Part shown: piece after piece, positions 10,290-22,189 of the stretch
Layout of the letters: each line of letters opens with the position of its first letter
Position numbering within the stretch: position 1 is the stretch's first letter
Assembly (NCBI RefSeq): GCF_022045235.1
Contig: NW_027266264.1
Location: forward strand, 25,172,001-25,236,000
DNA from: Haliotis cracherodii
Lineage: Eukaryota
Reading direction: 5' to 3'
DNA: 64,000 nt
Program-made: the position numbers and the translations under genes
Notes under the pieces: generated by a model
Databases searched by the model: none
What the model saw: only the letters and a program-made list of their open reading frames with translations
What the model was told of the DNA's origin: nothing

Positions 10290-11000
10290 GGATGGTCATC
10301 TCTTTTTAATAGGGTAAAAAAGATAAATCCAATCCAAAAAGCTATAGGGGAATTACTCTGACTTCATGTCTGGGAAAACAATTTGAAAATGTAATTTTAC
10401 AACGATTGGAAGAATGGTGTAAGGCACATTGTCCATCCTTTCCAGAACCTCTACAATTCGGATTTCGAAAAGAGCATGGTGCATTATGTCTGTCTTTACA
10501 TTACATGAATGTGTTTATTATGTATCTGGGAAATCACCTGCAGGCCTTCAAGTTGCTCTTAACACTGTTACACAGTATGCTTATGATCGGAGATTAACTT
10601 ACAATGCCACTAAAAAGCCAAACTGTTATATTCACTAGATTGAATTCCCAACATAATCCCTCCAAATTTCAACTGGGTAGTGTCACAGGTCAGATTGTGT
10701 AACATATGGGGGAGTCATTCTAAACATTTAACTAACATGTACGGATATGTTGACAAAATGCAAGACGCACCGGAAGCTCACTAAAGTCTGTAGGATTAAA
10801 TAGTTATGATCTCCACCCTAGTGTATGTGTAGAAATATGGCACTGATTGGTTCTCTCTACTAGCTTCTATGCGTGTGAGCTGCTAAGCGGCATACGACGT
10901 GGTAAAGAAACTGATCAGATAGAAAATGTCCAACGGCACTTTGCCAGAGTCATCGAAGATCTAGACCAAAACTCATTATCTGATTCAACCATAGCAAATC
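10290..11000 (+). mobile_element. Decayed non-LTR retrotransposon reverse transcriptase (CR1/L2-like)
   Basis: KKDKSNPKSYRGITLTSCLGKQFENVILQR, LQFGFRKEHG, SPAGLQVALN..LTYNATK, ENVQRHFARVI; internal deletion; element probably extends about 9.8-11.6 kb. Confidence 0.8.
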
Positions 11001-11699
11001 CTGGAATGTAGACACTAACGGAATTCATAGACAAATGCAGGCTACTCCTCCTCGGAAGACTGGGCAAACTCATGCTTCTCTCCTATGAAACAAATTATAT
11101 GTGCATACATAGCCTCAGCCAATGTTCATAATGTCAACACTAGCACTAGCATATGTGACATAATGATGTTAACTTCTTGTAAGTATAACCTTAAAAATGA
11201 TATGTGTAACTGTATCAGTACTGGAACATTTCCTTACAAAAATGAATGGAGAAGAAGTTAATGTGATGCAATATCCTCATATGAAGAAGATAGGTTGAAA
11301 CTCAGACTGTTACTGTACGAGAATCTGGCCCGATACGGGTCAATTCACTCTCAACTAAAACTACATATATTACGGCAACTCAAACTAACTTATCTTCATC
11401 TTAGGTATTGCCTCCACTACTCTCTTAAGATAGCCTCCCGACCCATTACATCACAAGGGCAGAATAATTAATTTTTATGTGCAGATCGTTTTCATCTAAC
11501 ATTTCTGTGGCTTTTTTTTTACATCACGCACACATTGCTGTGTGATCTTAATTCTAGTGACTTAAGCTAGATGTAAACGCTACTGGAATGTTGGTTAACC
11601 GTGCACTGTTTACAGCAACTGTAGTATACATATCTTGAGTCAACAGTTATATATATCATTAACATTATCTGTCAGTTAAAGACTGTATTATGACCGGGT

Positions 11700-11797
11700 C
11701 CCACGAAACTGGCTTCACGTGTAACCATGTATGGAATCGATCCTGTGTTTCGGAATGACGCGACAAAGGCTTAACCACTTGGCTACCACACCACCCC
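11700..11797 (-). mobile_element. SINE family A head, degenerate
   Basis: Diverged tRNA-like head on minus strand. Confidence 0.6.
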
Positions 11798-12101
11798 AGT
11801 CCCCAGTGTTACAAATACTTTGGTTATTTAGCATTTTTTCTATACTACTGTTAAGTTTTAAGGTTAAGGTACTTAAATATATTACCTGCAGTTGTGTTAC
11901 ACACTACCATGCTATTCACATTACAATGGAATTAAAGTGTGAAATCTAAAATAGATCAGCAGCGTCATTGAAGTCAGAAATTTGGTCAGTTACATCAAGT
12001 GAGATGAAACAGGAGGCTTTTATGACTCACAGACGAGGCAGACACCTGCGTAATTCAGTATTAACATGAGTATATGCCACTTACACGTGTTACGTAACAG
12101 T

Positions 12102-12245
12102 GGCGGGCGGGTAGCCTAGTGGTTAAAGCGTTCGCTCGTCAGAGGCCCGGGGTAGATTCCCCACCATGCGTGAAGCCTATTTCTGGTGTCCCCCGCCGTG
12201 ATGTTGCTGGAATATTGATAAAGTGGCGTAAAACCATACTCGCTC
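12102..12245 (+). mobile_element. SINE family A
   Basis: GGTAGCCTAGTGGTTAAAGCGTTCGCTCGTCA head and GGAATATTG..GGCGTAAAACCATACTC tail. Confidence 0.88.
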
Positions 12246-12289
12246 GGTTATACACAACATAACACAATATAGTGATTCAACTACAACCA

Positions 12290-12404
12290 CCTGGGCTCGG
12301 GGTCTGTATACTGTGTCAGAGTGGGGTATTCATGTTAAATTGCGGCATGGTATCTCAGTGAGCTTGCACTATAAATCGGCATCAGTCTGGACTAGTACAA
12401 GCAG

Positions 12405-12450
<46 letters not shown>
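12290..12450 (+). mobile_element. SINE family D 3' fragment with expanded (CA)n
   Basis: Matches reverse complement of about 40370-40480. Confidence 0.75.
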
Positions 12451-12451
<1 letters not shown>

Positions 12452-13203
12452 CAACATGACACAGTGACTGGAAACGATATAAACATGTTCTCTGTACAAA
12501 TTAAGGACCATGTGATGACAGCTGTCAATAAAATGTGTTCTCGGAGTGAGTTCACGCTTTTGTTATGAATCGTTATGTCATAAAGTATTAAACTGGCCTG
12601 TTCATTGCAAATGTACTGGTCACCGTTGTAACGTCAAAATATTCTCCTAAAGCACCTGTTGCAAAGTTCAAGTACAAAATGTCCATATGTTACGAATTGA
12701 CAAAAATGTGTTCGTTGTTTGATCTCGAGCCAACTAGGTCATATCACTACCGCACACATGTTGCAGAAAGGCTACTCAAATATGCTGTGTTTACACGTAT
12801 ATTGTACAAGTACATCACGATTGTCGTGCAGGAAAATGTAAATACTACAATACTTACACGTGTTGCTTGCTCTGCTTACACACTAAGTACCAGAAGTTGA
12901 TAAATATTTGTAGATATATGGTGTAAATGCAAGCCAACAGAAAAGTTACAATCTGACACAATGCTGTGTTATGTACATTAACTTAAAACTTTAATAAGTT
13001 TTAAAGAACCTCAGAACCTATGGTCACATTACCTTTGTCTGATACAATACTATGCAGTCACTGCATGTACGGTGTTGTATGTGTGTGATGTTGCGAGTGT
13101 GTAGCCCGTCATGAGATGACAGTTATTTTATTTAAAGCGACCTCACACTCCACTGACTGACCACATCACGGACTATGCACTATTCACAATAACATAGTAA
13201 CAA

Positions 13204-13254
<51 letters not shown>

Positions 13255-13292
13255 AGAGAGGAGAGTGTGTGTGATAGAGAGAGAGATAGAGA
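13204..13292. repeat. (GT)n/(GA)n compound microsatellite
   Basis: Direct reading. Confidence 0.95.
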
Positions 13293-13336
13293 GTGTATGA
13301 GGCATGCATGTGAGAATGAGTTGGTATTGGGGAATG

Positions 13337-14735
13337 TGTGACTGAGAGAGTATGGATCAAGTGTAACTGAGTGGGCATGGATCAAGTGTAACTAAGAGAG
13401 TATGGATTAAGTGTAGCTAAGAGAGTATGGATCAAGTGTAACTGAGTGGATATGGATCAATTGTAATTGAGAGAGTGTGGATCAAGTGTAACTGAGAGAG
13501 AATGGATCAAGTGTAACTGAGTGGGCATGGATCAAGTGTAACTAAGAGAGTATGGCTCAAATGTAACTGAGAGAGTATAGATCAAGTGTAACTGAGGGAG
13601 TATGGATCAAGTGTAACTGAGTGGGTATTGATCAAGTGTAACTGAGTGGATATGGATCAAATGTAACTGAGAGAGTATGGATCAAGTGTAACTGAGAGAG
13701 TATGGATCAAGTGTAACTGAGAGAGTATGGATCAAGTGTAACTGACTGGGTATTGATCAAGTGTAACTGAGTGGGTATGGATCAAATGTAACTGAGGGAG
13801 TGTGGATCAAGTGTAACTGAGGGAGTATGGATCAAGTGTAACTGAGTGGGTATTGATCAAGTGTAACTGAGTGGGTATTGATCAAGTGTAACTGAGTGGG
13901 TATGGATCATGTGTAACTGAGTGGATATGGATCAAGTGTAACTGAGAGAGTATGGATCAAGTGTAACTGAATGGGCATGTATCAAGTGTAACTGAGAGGG
14001 TATGCATCAAGTGTAACTGAGAGAGTATGGATCAAGTGTAACTGAGAGAGTATGGATCAAATGTAACTGAGAGAGTATGGATCAAGTGTAACTGAGAGAG
14101 TATGGATCAAATGTAACTGAGAGAGTATGGAACAAATGTAACTGAGAGAGTATGGATCAAGTGTAACTGTGAGAGTATGGATCAAGTGTAACTGAGAGAG
14201 TATGGATCAAGTGTAACTGAGTGGGCATGGATCAAGTGTAACTGAGAGAGCATGGATCAAGTCTAACTGAGAGAGTATGGATCAAGTGTAACTGATTGGA
14301 CATGGATCAAGTGTAACTGATTGGACATGGATCAAGTGTAACTGAGAGGGTATAGATCAAGTGTAACTGAGAGAGTAGGGATCAAATGTAACTGAGAGAG
14401 TATGGATCAAGTGTAACTGAGTGGGTATGGATCAAGTGTAACTAAGAGAGTATGGATCAAGTGTAACTAAGAGAGTATGGATCAAGTGTAGCTTAGAGAG
14501 TATGGATCAAGTGTAACTGAGTGGGTATGGATCAAGTGTAACTGAGAAAGTATGGATCAAGTGTAACTAAGAGAGTATGGATCAAGTGTAGCTTAGAGAG
14601 TATGGATCAAGTGTAACTGAGTGGGTATGGATCAAGTGTAACTGAGAAAGTATGGATCAAGTGTAGCTTAGAGAGTATGGATCAAGTGTAGCTGAGTGGG
14701 TATGGATCAAGTGTAACTAAGAGAGTATGGATTAG
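13337..14735. repeat. 25-bp tandem satellite
   Basis: About 56 units of GGATCAAGTGTAACTGAGAGAGTAT. Confidence 0.97.
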
Positions 14736-15024
14736 TGTGTTTCAAAGAACCTGACCAAAAGCACAGAAACAGCAAATCTGACACAACCAGAATTTCGAGA
14801 GGGGAAGGCTGCATAAAACACTTTCAGAGCCAAAACATCGGACACTTTGCCAAAGTTGAGGTAAATGTGAGGCATGATGATTAAATGTTTTTCACCAAAT
14901 ACATTGCTAGCTTACCATTCGTGCAAAAAAGGACATGTTTAACAGTGTACAATGAATAAGACAACAAATCTATAGGACAGCGGGGAATACGTTCGCTGCC
15001 GTTGGCCAACATTTCCTTGCGGAT

Positions 15025-15708
15025 AGCCGCATCATACAGCCGGGGGCAACGGTACCTTGAACAGATGCTCGAGGGATGGGGCAAGTTGCTGTCCTGCTGC
15101 GGTGACCCCGGAGCGTGGTCGGGCTATATGAGTCTACCCAGTCGTGCGTCACAAATCTTTACATAGAACAACTGCGTCAGAGAATGCAAGCAAAAGATGA
15201 ACGAGGAATAGTGATGACAGATTCTTGCCCAATAATTATATAAATTGCGTTATAGGACGGCTCGGGGTCACAGCATATATTTCAGATATGTTGACGGTTA
15301 GGTCCACTTTGTCATATCTAATGTCACAACATTTCACACGCCTACGCTTTTTTGTTTGTTTTACAGTTCAGTCACGATAACCATCAACAGTTTCATAAAA
15401 GGATTCTGTTCAGAACAGTTATATAAATAAAACATGTACCAGGTGTTCCTATACTTGTTACGAATGAATAATATATGTATATATTATATAAGTACTTGCA
15501 AGTCAAGTATACAGTCCATTATTTTTTAAATTTAAAACACAACACAACATTAGAGAACTTATTCGGAGGTGTGTTGTGTTTTAAATTTACAATGTTTACT
15601 ATCATCTGTAAAATTTCCACTAGGTTAACCGACCTCCCCCGTTCGCATAAAAGAGCACGCGATGAAGGGTATCGTCACGCTTCTATCTTCCCTGCAAGAG
15701 ATATTTGG
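15025..15708 (+). pseudogene. Relic fourth GNAT unit (upstream block, core promoter and start of exon 1 only)
   Basis: 15025-15400 aligns to 495-965; 15646-15708 CATAAAAGAGCACGCGAT..CCTGCAAGAGATATTTG aligns to copy 1 TATAAAAGAGCAAGCGAT..ACTGCAAGAGAGATTTTG; no CDS follows. Confidence 0.7.
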
Positions 15709-16866
15709 TGATATGTGATTATTTTATTGATTTGAGGAATTCATCTGGTGGACTACCTCCTGAAAGGTCAGATCATTCGTGGCCCATGGCCAATATTATG
15801 TTAATCTGCTTAAACATCTGTGTGAGAATATAAATGCGACATTTCGTGGAAAAGTCACAAGTTCTACCAGGTCTGATATCGCAATGCCTGCAGTCCATGA
15901 CTGGATTTGACCTCATCGAGCATTCTCATATTGACCAGATTTGGCATCGCAATCTTGAAGAAAGAACTATCAGGCAACTATAATGAAAATGAAAATGGCG
16001 TCATTTCTTTTTAAACAACTATGAGGAAGCCTACAGCAGCGCGATCCAAACACAACAGCATCCTTGGTAGAAGTGTGGGAGAGGATTAAGTTGAGATAAA
16101 TAAGAAGCAACCAACTCCACCAGCGCAGTCCATCATACACATGTACTAACCGAAAAAGGCAAGCGTGCTTCATATAAAGTTCCATAAAAATATTATTATT
16201 CTGAAATTAAATATTGTTTATGCGTCTTTCAAGACATATTCATGAAGACATCTCCTCCATTTTGAGGTAGTGATTCACAATTTGCAAGTGCCTGTCAATG
16301 CATGGCGCACCGTTTGCGTGTTATTTGGGAGTATGATACTCATACACGGGTTTTTTTAAATGCGTACAGCACACAATGATGTCGAGCTATCAGTTCTTTT
16401 AGAAACAATTTTGTTAAACCGTAAAAAAACGCTTAAGCAATGGCACAAAAATCAACGTCTACCCGACGTGGGTATGCTGCAGACAGGATAGGCGTAAAAC
16501 GAAGTTGCCAGACATTTTAATGTTCATCGAAACACATTATTATCTCGTTGGAGACGTTACCTACAGCAGGGCCACGACCCGGTCGTCCACGTATGACGTC
16601 ACGTCAACAAGGCAACCATGTTCGTTTGGTAGGTTACCACGCGCAACCGGTCGAGGGAGCACAACACCCGGCCCCGACGTCCAGAAGTTCACTCTAAGTT
16701 GCTTCCAAGTCACCGTAATGCACGCCTAGATTCGTGTAGGCAGTATCTGACAGGTCTGGGACAGTATACTGTTCACAGAGGAGTAATGGTTGTATCTGTA
16801 CAACTCTGATAATCGTGCAAGGGTATGCAGGCGTCCGTGGCAGTGCTTGCGTTACTCAACGTCGTC

Positions 16867-17410
16867 CATCTTCCCGAGGCAAGAGAGTTAACTGACTTTA
16901 AAAGTCCAGTTTCCACCCTTGCCGAACTAGGCTGGAATTCCTGGGCTCGATCGTAGCGCCACCAGTGGCTGTTACGAGTTATGTCCCTTCTATGCCTCTC
17001 CAATCAGAGGACCAATCAGATTCCACCTCTCGTATCACATGCATTTGCTTCAAACAAAATGGCGGCGCCCAGACAATCTGATCGACAATCAAGATCTATA
17101 TTGTAATACAACGGGTCTTACATCACGAAGTGCATCAAATCATGTGAGCACCTTGATTAAAAATTTGAAAAGATTTGGAAAATTTATGTTGACAACGAGT
17201 TTGCGGTGCACATGCTTTGCAAATCCTGCAATCGACCGAATTCTGCATGGCAGTTAACAAACCGGATTTCGATTTCGGTGCGCGATTGTGATTGGACCAT
17301 GCATAGACTCGTTAGTCCAGCCAAAATCAAACTCCATAATACCAGCCAAGTTCGGCAAGGGTGGAAACTGGACTTTTATAGTCAGTTAACTCACTTGACT
17401 CGGGAAGATG
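16867..17410. mobile_element. 544-bp non-autonomous DNA transposon (MITE)
   Basis: About 65-bp TIRs starting CATCTTCCCGAGGCAAG; flanks AACGTCGTC/AACGTCGTA (probable 9-bp TSD); second copy at 53648-54191. Confidence 0.92.
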
Positions 17411-17552
17411 AACGTCGTAAGTTTGGGGATGAAAGTGTAATTGTATGGAGTGGCTTCACAACAAACAGGAGGACACAACTCATCATTGTTAATGGCAATT
17501 TGAATGGCGTACACAAACGGGACCACATCTATATTGTTCAAGGTCTTGTGGG

Positions 17553-17760
17553 GAAACCTATGATTGTGGGTTCGAATCCCGGTTCGACCCGATTATGTTT
17601 CTAGGTTTGTCAGCACCATACTCGTGCTCGTGGGTTTCACCGAAGTGGTAAACGTCTGAGACCTGCATCACTTCGGGCTTTCCTCCCACATTTAGCTGAC
17701 AGGCCGCAATGTAACTGTAATACTGTTAAAAGCGGCGTTAAACTAAACTCACTCACTCAC
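17553..17760 (+). mobile_element. SINE family B, 5'-truncated
   Basis: B-box, body and (ACTC)n tail. Confidence 0.88.
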
Positions 17761-18318
17761 GATCTTGTTCTAACCTTTGTGAAAATGCAGAACCATAACA
17801 TCCCGTTGCAGCAGGATAATTCCCTTCCACATGTTGCCTAGTATAATTAGGCTAAGAACCTTTTAGCCACCCCTCATATATACAACTGATATCAATTAGA
17901 AACTATCATTCATAAAAATGCTAATGCGGCCGATTTCGCTTTAAGCTGCATCGTCTTGATTTACTGCACTCGTTGTACTACTCCCTAACTTAAATGTTAG
18001 TTATTAACTGATCCGAATGTTATATTAAAATACATGGGGGTGGGGAGGTGGAGGGGTTGGTTATCAATGGTCGGACATCTTTGCTTAACCAGCGCTAACT
18101 GACCTCGCAGGGTGTAAGTACAGATAGCGAACTACGGTGTGAAAACTATGATCCTTTCTAAGATGAAGACCATCATATGACTTCCTTTAATGAAATGCAT
18201 CTAGTAACGAGTGTTTGTACTATCGATGCTAAAGATGTTGCATGGTTAAAAAAATTCACCATGTGTATTAGTATTCAATTTAAATCAAACGATAACAAAT
18301 CTTTTTATTGGTATTTTA

Positions 18319-18324
18319 TTTATT
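18319..18324 (-). terminator. Poly(A) signal of GNAT copy 3
   Basis: AATAAA on minus strand at homologous position. Confidence 0.7.
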
Positions 18325-18641
18325 CTTGCAATTGCCAGACTAACAAATACTGTTGCATGAACAATACCTTTCTCATTGCACATTTCTAATACAATCCGAT
18401 GTTTACCAGTCAACAAGGCAATCCGGTTGACCCAGCGTAAAAAAATACTGAGCAGGCTCCACTGACCACACTGGACAGTGAACGAAAGCGAAACTGGGTT
18501 TCTTCTAACCGGAAGTGACACCTTCTGGGTGTTATCTGAGGTTGATGCTGATAACACCTTGTGACGTCATCACAGCCGCGATGACGTGTACACTACGTAG
18601 AGACGTAATGGAGATAAAGCCATGGAAGAAAAGTCAAAAGT

Positions 18642-19214
18642 TCATGGATTGAAATCTTTGTAGAAGATGACTGAACTAACAATGGTACCATCTTTCATCT
18701 TGCCGCCCATGGGAAGACATCCCACTTGGGTGAATCCACCAACATTTTCGATGATTTTGATCATGCCACGGTTGTTGCTGAAAGTGTCCACATACATTCC
18801 CATGAAGTTCAAATCTTGAGCAAAGTCAACACACATCTGGAGACAAAACTCGCCGATTCCCTTGCCTCTCTCTGACTTCTTTACAATGATGAAAGGGTCG
18901 GCAACGCTGCAGCCACGGTAATACTTGCTGATGGCCAACATGAATGCAGCAACCATCTCTCCAGTGTCCTTGCTCATTACGGCGAAGTTGAAGCTGCCGT
19001 CGATGTCTTCACGGAATTCCTTCTCTGAGGTGTATTCATCCACCCCAAAACCATTGCCGCTCTGGGCCGCAGCTTGGATGAGACCGAAGGTTTCCGACAG
19101 CTGGGAGTCGCTCATGGTGTCGATGATGACGAAGCGGCCGTCGGGGAGGGTGGTGGTGTGAGGGACAACGCCAGGGAGGCGCTTGACTTTTTCGACTTTG
19201 TCATTTATCAGCAT
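18642..19214 (-). CDS. GNAT-family N-acetyltransferase (copy 3, 190 aa, inverted)
   Basis: Differs from copy 1 by one residue (KDGS/TIV); acceptor TTTTCAG at 19224-19230 on minus strand. Confidence 0.93.
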   Translation of the reverse strand: MLINDKVEKVKRLPGVVPHTTTLPDGRFVIIDTMSDSQLSETFGLIQAAAQSGNGFGVDEYTSEKEFREDIDGSFNFAVMSKDTGEMVAAFMLAISKYYRGCSVADPFIIVKKSERGKGIGEFCLQMCVDFAQDLNFMGMYVDTFSNNRGMIKIIENVGGFTQVGCLPMGGKMKDGTIVSSVIFYKDFNP

Positions 19215-20272
19215 GATGGAGCTCTGAAAATATAAAGAGGGTACTTAGTATATAATGCAATAGATTTCAGGACATAAAAACCTGAAATTTATCAAATAAT
19301 AGGTAGCCTTGTTGATTGAAATTCATTTGGAAACAAATGGTATAACAAATCACGGAAACAAAATAAAATCATAAATCATATAGTATCAGAAAAGAATAGT
19401 GAACTGCAAACTGATTTCACCTCCTTTACTATGTAAAGCGTGGTATAACACTTGTGTTGTTGCCGAACAATGACATAAGGAGCGGTGTGATGTCAAGCGC
19501 TGTGGGCTGAACCACACTCGCGAGGCAATAGAACTGATATTAGACAACAGCTCCAGGCTCTAGGCCGTGTGTGAGACTATGACCTGACCCCACAAATTAG
19601 CCAATGTGCCCAATTGAGGAGCAACTGTGAATGAAATCTCAAGAATACGACACTTCTTAAGTAGAGAAGGAAATCGGGAAAGTTGTAGAGGAAATGCTTA
19701 ACACGCTCACAGTTAAATGTGCCTCGGTTTTGTCGACAATTTCCTGACTCAAAATGACACGTTCGCAGTTTTGAAAATAATTAGATATTACAAAATATTT
19801 TATATAAATCCTCAAAGATAGATTCATCCACGCTTTACACTTTATACAGTTTCTGCTATTTTTGAATCTGCAAATAGCGCGTGCTGGCTATCAATGGATC
19901 AGCCTCGAACCTTCTAGAAATTCTATATGGTGTTTGATTGTGATTCATAAACACATGCTCATGATAAAGTCGATAGTGTACAGTCGACTTTGCCTTTATC
20001 AGAGATTTCTTATCGACATGAAAAGGTTTGTCGCTTTATTTACGGTAGAATGGTAATATGCTAGGGTATCACTCCTGACGTCAGTGTTCCACTTTTCATC
20101 AAGATTTACTGATGACAGACAGTGAATCAGGCGACACGTTGATGTTGCGTCATGCGTGACTCACTCTTTTGAGTCTCAAGTCAGACAACTGCTAATGGAC
20201 TAATATGGACATGCTGCATTGTCTTTACCTCCTCGAAAATCAGTGTGAATTCGTCAATCAAAATAAAATTTA

Positions 20273-20489
20273 AAGCTTTTATGTTTGATTTTGTCTTTTA
20301 ATAACAAATTGTAGTATTTTTTCTTTGAGTATAAATCATATTTACAATTTGGTCGATAATTTGAAAGAAGATATTATTAAAGAAGGGCGTGACAAATGTC
20401 CAATTATCGACCAAATTGTAAATATCTTTTATACTCCAAGAAAATATGCTACAACTTTTATTAAAAGACAAAATCAAAGATAAAAGCTG
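20273..20489. mobile_element. AT-rich palindromic MITE in the intron of GNAT copy 3
   Basis: About 90-bp inverted arms (20273-20361 / 20402-20489), TA on both flanks; absent from introns of copies 1 and 2. Confidence 0.82.
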
Positions 20490-21158
20490 TAAATAATGAG
20501 CGGTCATGTGGTATTGATTGCCCTGTTTGTGCATTACAGCAATCCATCACTGCGAGTCGGCTCTATGTGTGCGGCGAGCCAGGTTATTGAGTATGACGTG
20601 TGGATATATCGAGCGCTGAGCAATGCATCGTATTAATTTCCAGCATGTCGAGAGCAGCGAAGCATATCAATACCTGCACCTAATAGACTACGCGGACGAA
20701 AGACAATTTCGGGCATGTAGACAGAGGTATTATTAGCAGCTGAAGGAGAAAATCAACGTGACTGGTCAAATAGGCATGTGGCCGAAGTGACCACTGTAGA
20801 TTGTGGTAATCTATAGCGGTACTACATTCACTACAGCCAGTCATCGACTCGAGGTTCACTTATTATCCGCCAACAAACATTCCTGTATTAAAGCCACGAA
20901 GAAACTTAACTAGTTTCACATTAAAAAAATATTTACTTGACGTATTTTCAGAGGAGGTGAAATCTTTTTTACATAAAGATCACAGTGACCTGACTGTCGA
21001 ACATGTCGAAAATCTCAACATTCATATTAGCAATTTAAGTAGTGATGCAATAATGATAAATATACTTATTAATAATTATACTTTGCATTTGTCATATATT
21101 CGCTCAACTTTTAAGTTTAAATAGTACCGAGTGATGCAATAATGGCAGTTGTACTTAC

Positions 21159-21291
21159 TTATAAGACTTCTGCTATCAGTTGGTAATCCACGGTATATAC
21201 ACCTGTCAGGTAAATGGACACGATATCGTTGGTAGTAGGACTTGCTGTCAGAGCTGTCTGAAATCTGTCTTGCTGTCAAGAGAGAAGTGTA
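21159..21291 (-). other. Non-coding first exon of GNAT copy 3; intron 19224-21158
   Basis: Homologous to exon 1 of copies 1 and 2; donor ATAA|GTAAGT at 21158. Confidence 0.78.
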
Positions 21292-21314
21292 GCGAAACCC
21301 TGGATCGCTTGCTC

Positions 21315-21596
21315 TTTTATACACAGGCCGGTAAACAGGACGGGATGTCAGGGGTCAATCTCAGAACGAGACTGAATGCGCGACATAGTCACGTGATATC
21401 AACACTTATTTCCCACAGCTGTCTGGGCTGACTTCTGCAACTGACGAAATGCAGTAAACATGTTTCTCACGGGAGCTCGTGCGGACATTGTCAAATAAGC
21501 CTGTTATTTGCACAACTAAGTATCGTTCAGGCAAAATATCGAACAATTTAGCCTGAAAAGATCAGCTTGTTTATGCTTAGTGGCTGGGGATTCCCC
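21315..21596 (-). promoter_or_regulatory. Proximal promoter of GNAT copy 3
   Basis: TATAAAA 21315-21321 (minus), TCACGTGA 21389-21396, GGGGATTCCCC 21586-21596. Confidence 0.8.
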
Positions 21597-21848
21597 CGTA
21601 AACGATTAATGCCTCAAGCAGCGGGCATGTGGTAAATAAGGTTGGGTGATTTCACCACGAGGACAGTGATCGCGGCTTCTCGCGCACCATGACAGGAGTG
21701 GGTTGGATTAGTTTTGCCTTAACTTTAACAAGACTTGCACTATATAAATACCATGAACACAATATATGCAATTATGCCATATAACTGCAACATTGCATAC
21801 TAAAAAAATTATTTGAAAAATTATAATTAAGGTGATTACAACAAAACT

Positions 21849-21965
21849 GATCCGTGAAGATCCGGTATAGAATAGGTCTTCACAACCCATGCTTGCCGTA
21901 AAAGGCCACTATGCTTGTCGTAAGAGGCGACTAACGGGATAGGGTGGTCATGCTCGCTGACTTGT
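21849..21965 (+). mobile_element. Retroposon family C, 3'-truncated
   Basis: GATCCGTGAAGATCCGG..GTCGTAAGAGGCGACTAACGGGAT. Confidence 0.85.
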
Positions 21966-22024
21966 GTTATCTCAAGCCATTGACTAGATTGTGACAGGGG
22001 TGGCTGAAAGGTTCTGAGTCTGGA

Positions 22025-22189
22025 TGAGTGAGTGAGTATGCTTTTACGCCGCTTTTAGCAATATTCCGGCAATATCACGGCGGGGGACACCAGAAATTGG
22101 CTGAGCACATTGTACCCATGTCGGGAATCGAACCAGGGTCTACGGCGTGACGAGGGAACGCTTTAACCACTAGGCTACCCGACCGCCCC
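22025..22189 (-). mobile_element. SINE family A (tRNA-Asp-like head)
   Basis: Full head and tail; TSD GGTTCT.AGTCTG. Confidence 0.92.

Larger units (their letters stand above)
16440..17840 (+). mobile_element. Degenerate Tc1-like transposase interrupted by a MITE and a SINE
   Basis: GMLQTG..EVARHFNVHRNT, WDSILFTEE, FGDESVIVWSGF..VNGNLN, LQQDNSLPH; multiple stops. Confidence 0.8.

Noticed and set aside
13337-14735. CRISPR-like periodicity in the 25-, 33-, 34- and 35-bp arrays
   Set aside because: Head-to-tail repeats without unique spacers, no cas genes, eukaryotic context
18642-18644. TGA stop in copy 3 plus structured 3'UTR as possible selenocysteine readthrough
   Set aside because: Copies 1 and 2 have TAA at this position and no SECIS core was recognised
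22025-22189. tRNA-Asp-like and tRNA-Leu-like sequences as tRNA genes
   Set aside because: They are SINE heads with bodies, tails and TSDs; no proper acceptor stem or terminator
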